DNA of 64,000 nt from Octopus vulgaris (lineage: Eukaryota): contig OX597841.1 in NCBI GenBank assembly GCA_951406725.2, positions 24,428,001 to 24,492,000 of the forward strand. Direction: 5' to 3'. Below, one piece after another: positions 60,418 to 64,000 of this stretch. The position numbers and the translations under genes were made by a program. A model generated the notes under the pieces. That model had not been told where the DNA came from. It was given only the letters and a program-made list of their open reading frames with translations, and did not search any database. How positions within the stretch are numbered: position 1 is the first letter of the stretch; each line of letters opens with the position of its first letter.

Positions 60418-61043
60418 ATATTATACATATTTTTTAGATGGTTGATCCTTTAATAGTTTCAGCTCATGAGATGCGGCCATGCTGGGGCATATATATATAA
60501 CAAGAAGCTTTATGAAAATAAACAAAAGATGAAGGCAGGTGGAATACAAACAAACAATTGTATTAGTATGGCACTCAGGAATATAAATAAAACAAGTCTT
60601 TTACGTTTCGAGCCTACGCTCTTCAACAGAAAGATACACAGAAAAGAAACACGGAAAGAAACAAGGAGAGAAAATAAGATGCGTGCAGAAGCTAGCGAAT
60701 CAACATGGCGATATATATATAGTGGCTGCCCCCTCGTTATTGAGTATGGCCATTGCACGAAGCTTAATCAATGAAAATAAAATATAAAAATTACCATAGT
60801 AATTCCATATTTTTTCACAATTTGAAATCTACAAAAAAAACCTAACATAGAAAATGAGTATATTTATCTACCAAAATTGATAATATCATTGTATATCTAA
60901 AGAGGAAAAACTGCAGACAAGAATTCTACATTGAGCTTAATAGACAACTAAAGAATAAAAACTAGAGATAGTAATTCTACGTAATGCTTTATAGAAACTT
61001 GTGTACTTTACATAACAATAATCAATTACCTATTTTTTTATTT

Positions 61044-61535
61044 GGATCTTTTCGGTTTGAACAGCAGTTTTTAACATAATTTCTAGGTAACTAAAAATTT
61101 TAAACTTCGTATACTGGTAGAATGTGTTTATAAAACATCTTTTCTCTTGGCTTTATTGAGAAAATTCTATAGTTTGTAAGATATGGATCTTTTCGGGTTT
61201 GAACTAAAAATTTTAGCAGTTTTAAAACATCTTTTCTTTTGGCTTTATTGAAAAATTCTATAGTTTGCAAGATAATTTCATAATTTCTAGGTAACTAAAA
61301 AATGTTAAACTTCGTATACTGGTAGAATGTGTTTATAAAACATCTTTTTCTCTTGGCTTTATTGAGAAAATTCTATAGTTTGTAAGATATTTGTTGTCTT
61401 TTTTCTTCAATTTCTGCCATTTCAACCAATCACTGACGTCAATTGAGGTAAAAAACATTCTGTGCTGTATGAATATGTCCCTCGTTTAAGAAACAGATTG
61501 GGTTTATTTACACTTGTGAAGAAAAAAAGATACCC
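61044..61535. mobile_element. Rearranged, truncated copy of the GGATCTTT MITE
   Basis: Matches 2663-2953 with internal duplications; second left TIR at ~61185. Confidence 0.82.
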
Positions 61536-62004
61536 CGGGACTTATTCTTTTGTAAGCCCAGTACTTATTCTATCGGTCTCTTTTACTTGTTTCAGTCATT
61601 TGACTGCGGCCATGCTGGAGCACAGCCTTTTAGTTGAGCAAATCGACCCCGGGACTTATTCTTTGTAAGCCCAGTACTTATTCTATCGGGGTCTTTTACT
61701 TGTTTCAGTCATTTAACTGCGGCCATGCTGGAGCACCGCCTTCTAGTTGAGCAAATCGACCCCGGGACTTATTCTTTGTAAACCCAGTACTTATTCTATC
61801 GGTTTCTTTTACTTGTTTCAGTCATTTGACTGCGGCCATGCTGGAGCACCGCCTTTAGTCGAGCAAATTGACCCTGGGACTTATTCTTTGTAAGCCCAGT
61901 ATTTATTCTATCGGTCTCTTTTGCCGAACCACTAAGTGACGGAGACGTAAACACACCAGCATTGGTTGTCAAGCAATGCTAGGGGGACAAACACAGACAC
62001 ACAA

Positions 62005-62039
<35 letters not shown>

Positions 62040-62211
62040 CATATATACGACGGGCTTCTTTCAGTTTCCGTCTACCAAATCCACTCACAAGGCATTGGTT
62101 GGCCCGGGGCTATAGCAGAAGACACTTGCCCAAGGTGCAACGCAGTGGGACTGAACCCAGAACCATGTGGTTGGTTAGCAAGCTACTTACCACACAGCCA
62201 CCCCCGCGCCT
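61533..62211 (-). mobile_element. SINE family A with a ~115-bp 3' segment tandemly repeated
   Basis: CTTTTACTTGTTTCAGTC...ATTCTATCGG starts at ~61580, 61693 and 61806. Confidence 0.9.
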
Positions 62212-62589
62212 ATGTACACATCTTATTCTCTCTCTCTCTAATGCATACACACTCTCTAAACAGAAAAAAATTCCCTCCAACCAACAAACAAAAACCAACA
62301 CTGAACACGTACACACATACAGCAAGTGTAAATAATATATGTTTATTCACCAGGCGAAAAGTACAACACACCAAAGCCATTTATTTAAAATATATATGAC
62401 CACAGCAAATATGTTCTTAATATCACAGCTGACACCACTTATAGACATTCATAAAGAAACTATCCATCTCTCTCACACACACATTCTAATATATTTCTAT
62501 AGCCAGCGGCAAAATAAGAAAAAAATACTCATCTCAAAATTTTAAAGAAGTAAAGAGCTAACACACATATGTATATACACACATGCATA

Positions 62590-62621
<32 letters not shown>

Positions 62622-62769
62622 TGCATAAACACGTACACACACACACACAAGCATCATTTCTGAAGCAAGAGCAACAAAATTTTATAGAACAAATTTTTGT
62701 GTTTACTAAGAAAACAATTCTCAAAATCACTCGACCGTGAACGAAACCATTTATTAGGGATACAACTAC

Positions 62770-63150
62770 CTTCTATCTTTTACTTGTTTCAGTCAGGTGA
62801 CTGTGGCCATGCTGGGGCACTACATGGGAATTTTTTTTAGTCAAATGAATCAACCCCAGGACTTAATTTTTTTAAAGCCTGGTACTTAATGTATCAGTCT
62901 CTTTTGCCAAACCCTAAGTTATGGGGATGTAAACACACCAACACCGGTTGTCAAGCAGTGGTGGTGGTGGGGGGGCAAAGATAGACACAAAGACACCCAC
63001 ACACACACACATATAATATAATATATACAATGAGCCTCTTTCAGTTTCCATTTAGCAAATCCATTCACAATGCTTTGGTTGGACTGAAGCTATAGGAGAA
63101 GACATTTGGACCAAGCGACCAAGCTGCCATGCAGTGGGACTGAACCCACA
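62770..63150 (-). mobile_element. SINE family A, diverged
   Basis: Degenerate consensus match. Confidence 0.78.
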
Positions 63151-63605
63151 ACAGTCACACTTTCATTACTTTTACAAACAACACGTTCATAAGTGATTTT
63201 TCTCAAAAGCAACATTTATTTAAAACCTTAAAAACACACAGGCGCACACATAGAAAAGGGACAAAAAATCAACAAAAATGACTCCCCTCACCAACTCGGC
63301 AAATAAATTCTAAGTAAATTTATAAACAGCTTCCTACCTACAATTGCAAGGAATACAAACACCACATCACAAACATAACATAAGCAATCAATAAAGAAGC
63401 CAGATAAACACCAGCTGATCAATAAACACAAAATGTGAACCTATGAAGAAGCACAAGCATTTGAGGATATAGTTACATACAACAGGACATAAAAACACCA
63501 AGATGTAACAGTTCTCACCTGATAATCCGGACAATGACATGAAAAGTGAGTTATGAAGCAAACTCTCATTTTCAGTGTCAAAAAAGACTGTATCCTCTAC
63601 AGTAT

Positions 63606-63763
63606 AGGCACAGGAGTGGCTGTGTGGTAAGTAGCTTGTTTACCAACCACATTGTTCCGGGTTCAGTCCTACTGCGTGACATTGGGCAAGTGTCTTCTAC
63701 AGTCGGGACGACCAAAGCCTTGTGAGTGGATTTGGTAGACGGAAACTGAAAGAAGCGTATATA

Positions 63764-63824
<61 letters not shown>

Positions 63825-64000
63825 TATATATTGTTATAGGCGCAGGAGTGGCAGCTTGTTCACCAACCACATGGTTCCGGGTTCAGTCCCACTGCGTGGC
63901 ACCTTCAGCAAGTGTCTTCTACTATAGCCTCGGGCCGACCAAAGCCTTGTGAGTGGATTTGGTAGACGGAAACTGAAAGAAGCCCGTCGTATATATGTAT
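63606..64000 (+). mobile_element. Two SINE family A 5' halves (63606-63760 and 63837 to window end)
   Basis: AGGC.CAGGAGTGGC heads with B boxes. Confidence 0.88.

Overview
Eukaryotic, AT-rich, repeat-saturated DNA; the SINE, LINE and microsatellite make-up suggests an octopus (coleoid cephalopod), which is an inference from sequence alone. There is no intact multi-exon gene. Almost all listed ORFs are translations of microsatellites or SINEs. The window holds three tRNA-derived SINE families (called A, B and C here), decayed LINE pieces (RTE, CR1, R4/Dong, L1/Tx1-like), Tc1- and mariner-type transposase pseudogenes, piggyBac-type and other MITEs, two non-autonomous Helitrons, and several minisatellites. 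A ~10.3-kb direct duplication (14400-24603 / 24704-35087) meets at a 100-N gap and is probably uncollapsed haplotypes. The best host-gene candidate is a minus-strand signal-peptide exon with a perfect GTAAGT donor (22743-22839, repeated at 33204-33300). The most interesting signals are: (i) short (TA)n-embedded Penelope-like modules carrying minimal hammerhead-ribozyme motifs and fold-back hairpins; (ii) a TSD-flanked, ORF-less RTE-derived element with a 4x multimerised, possibly HDV-ribozyme-like 5' unit; (iii) a 3' tail shared between SINE B and an L1/Tx1-like LINE; (iv) a SINE-tail satellite holding both filled and empty piggyBac TTAA sites. All coordinates were read by eye and repeat boundaries are approximate.
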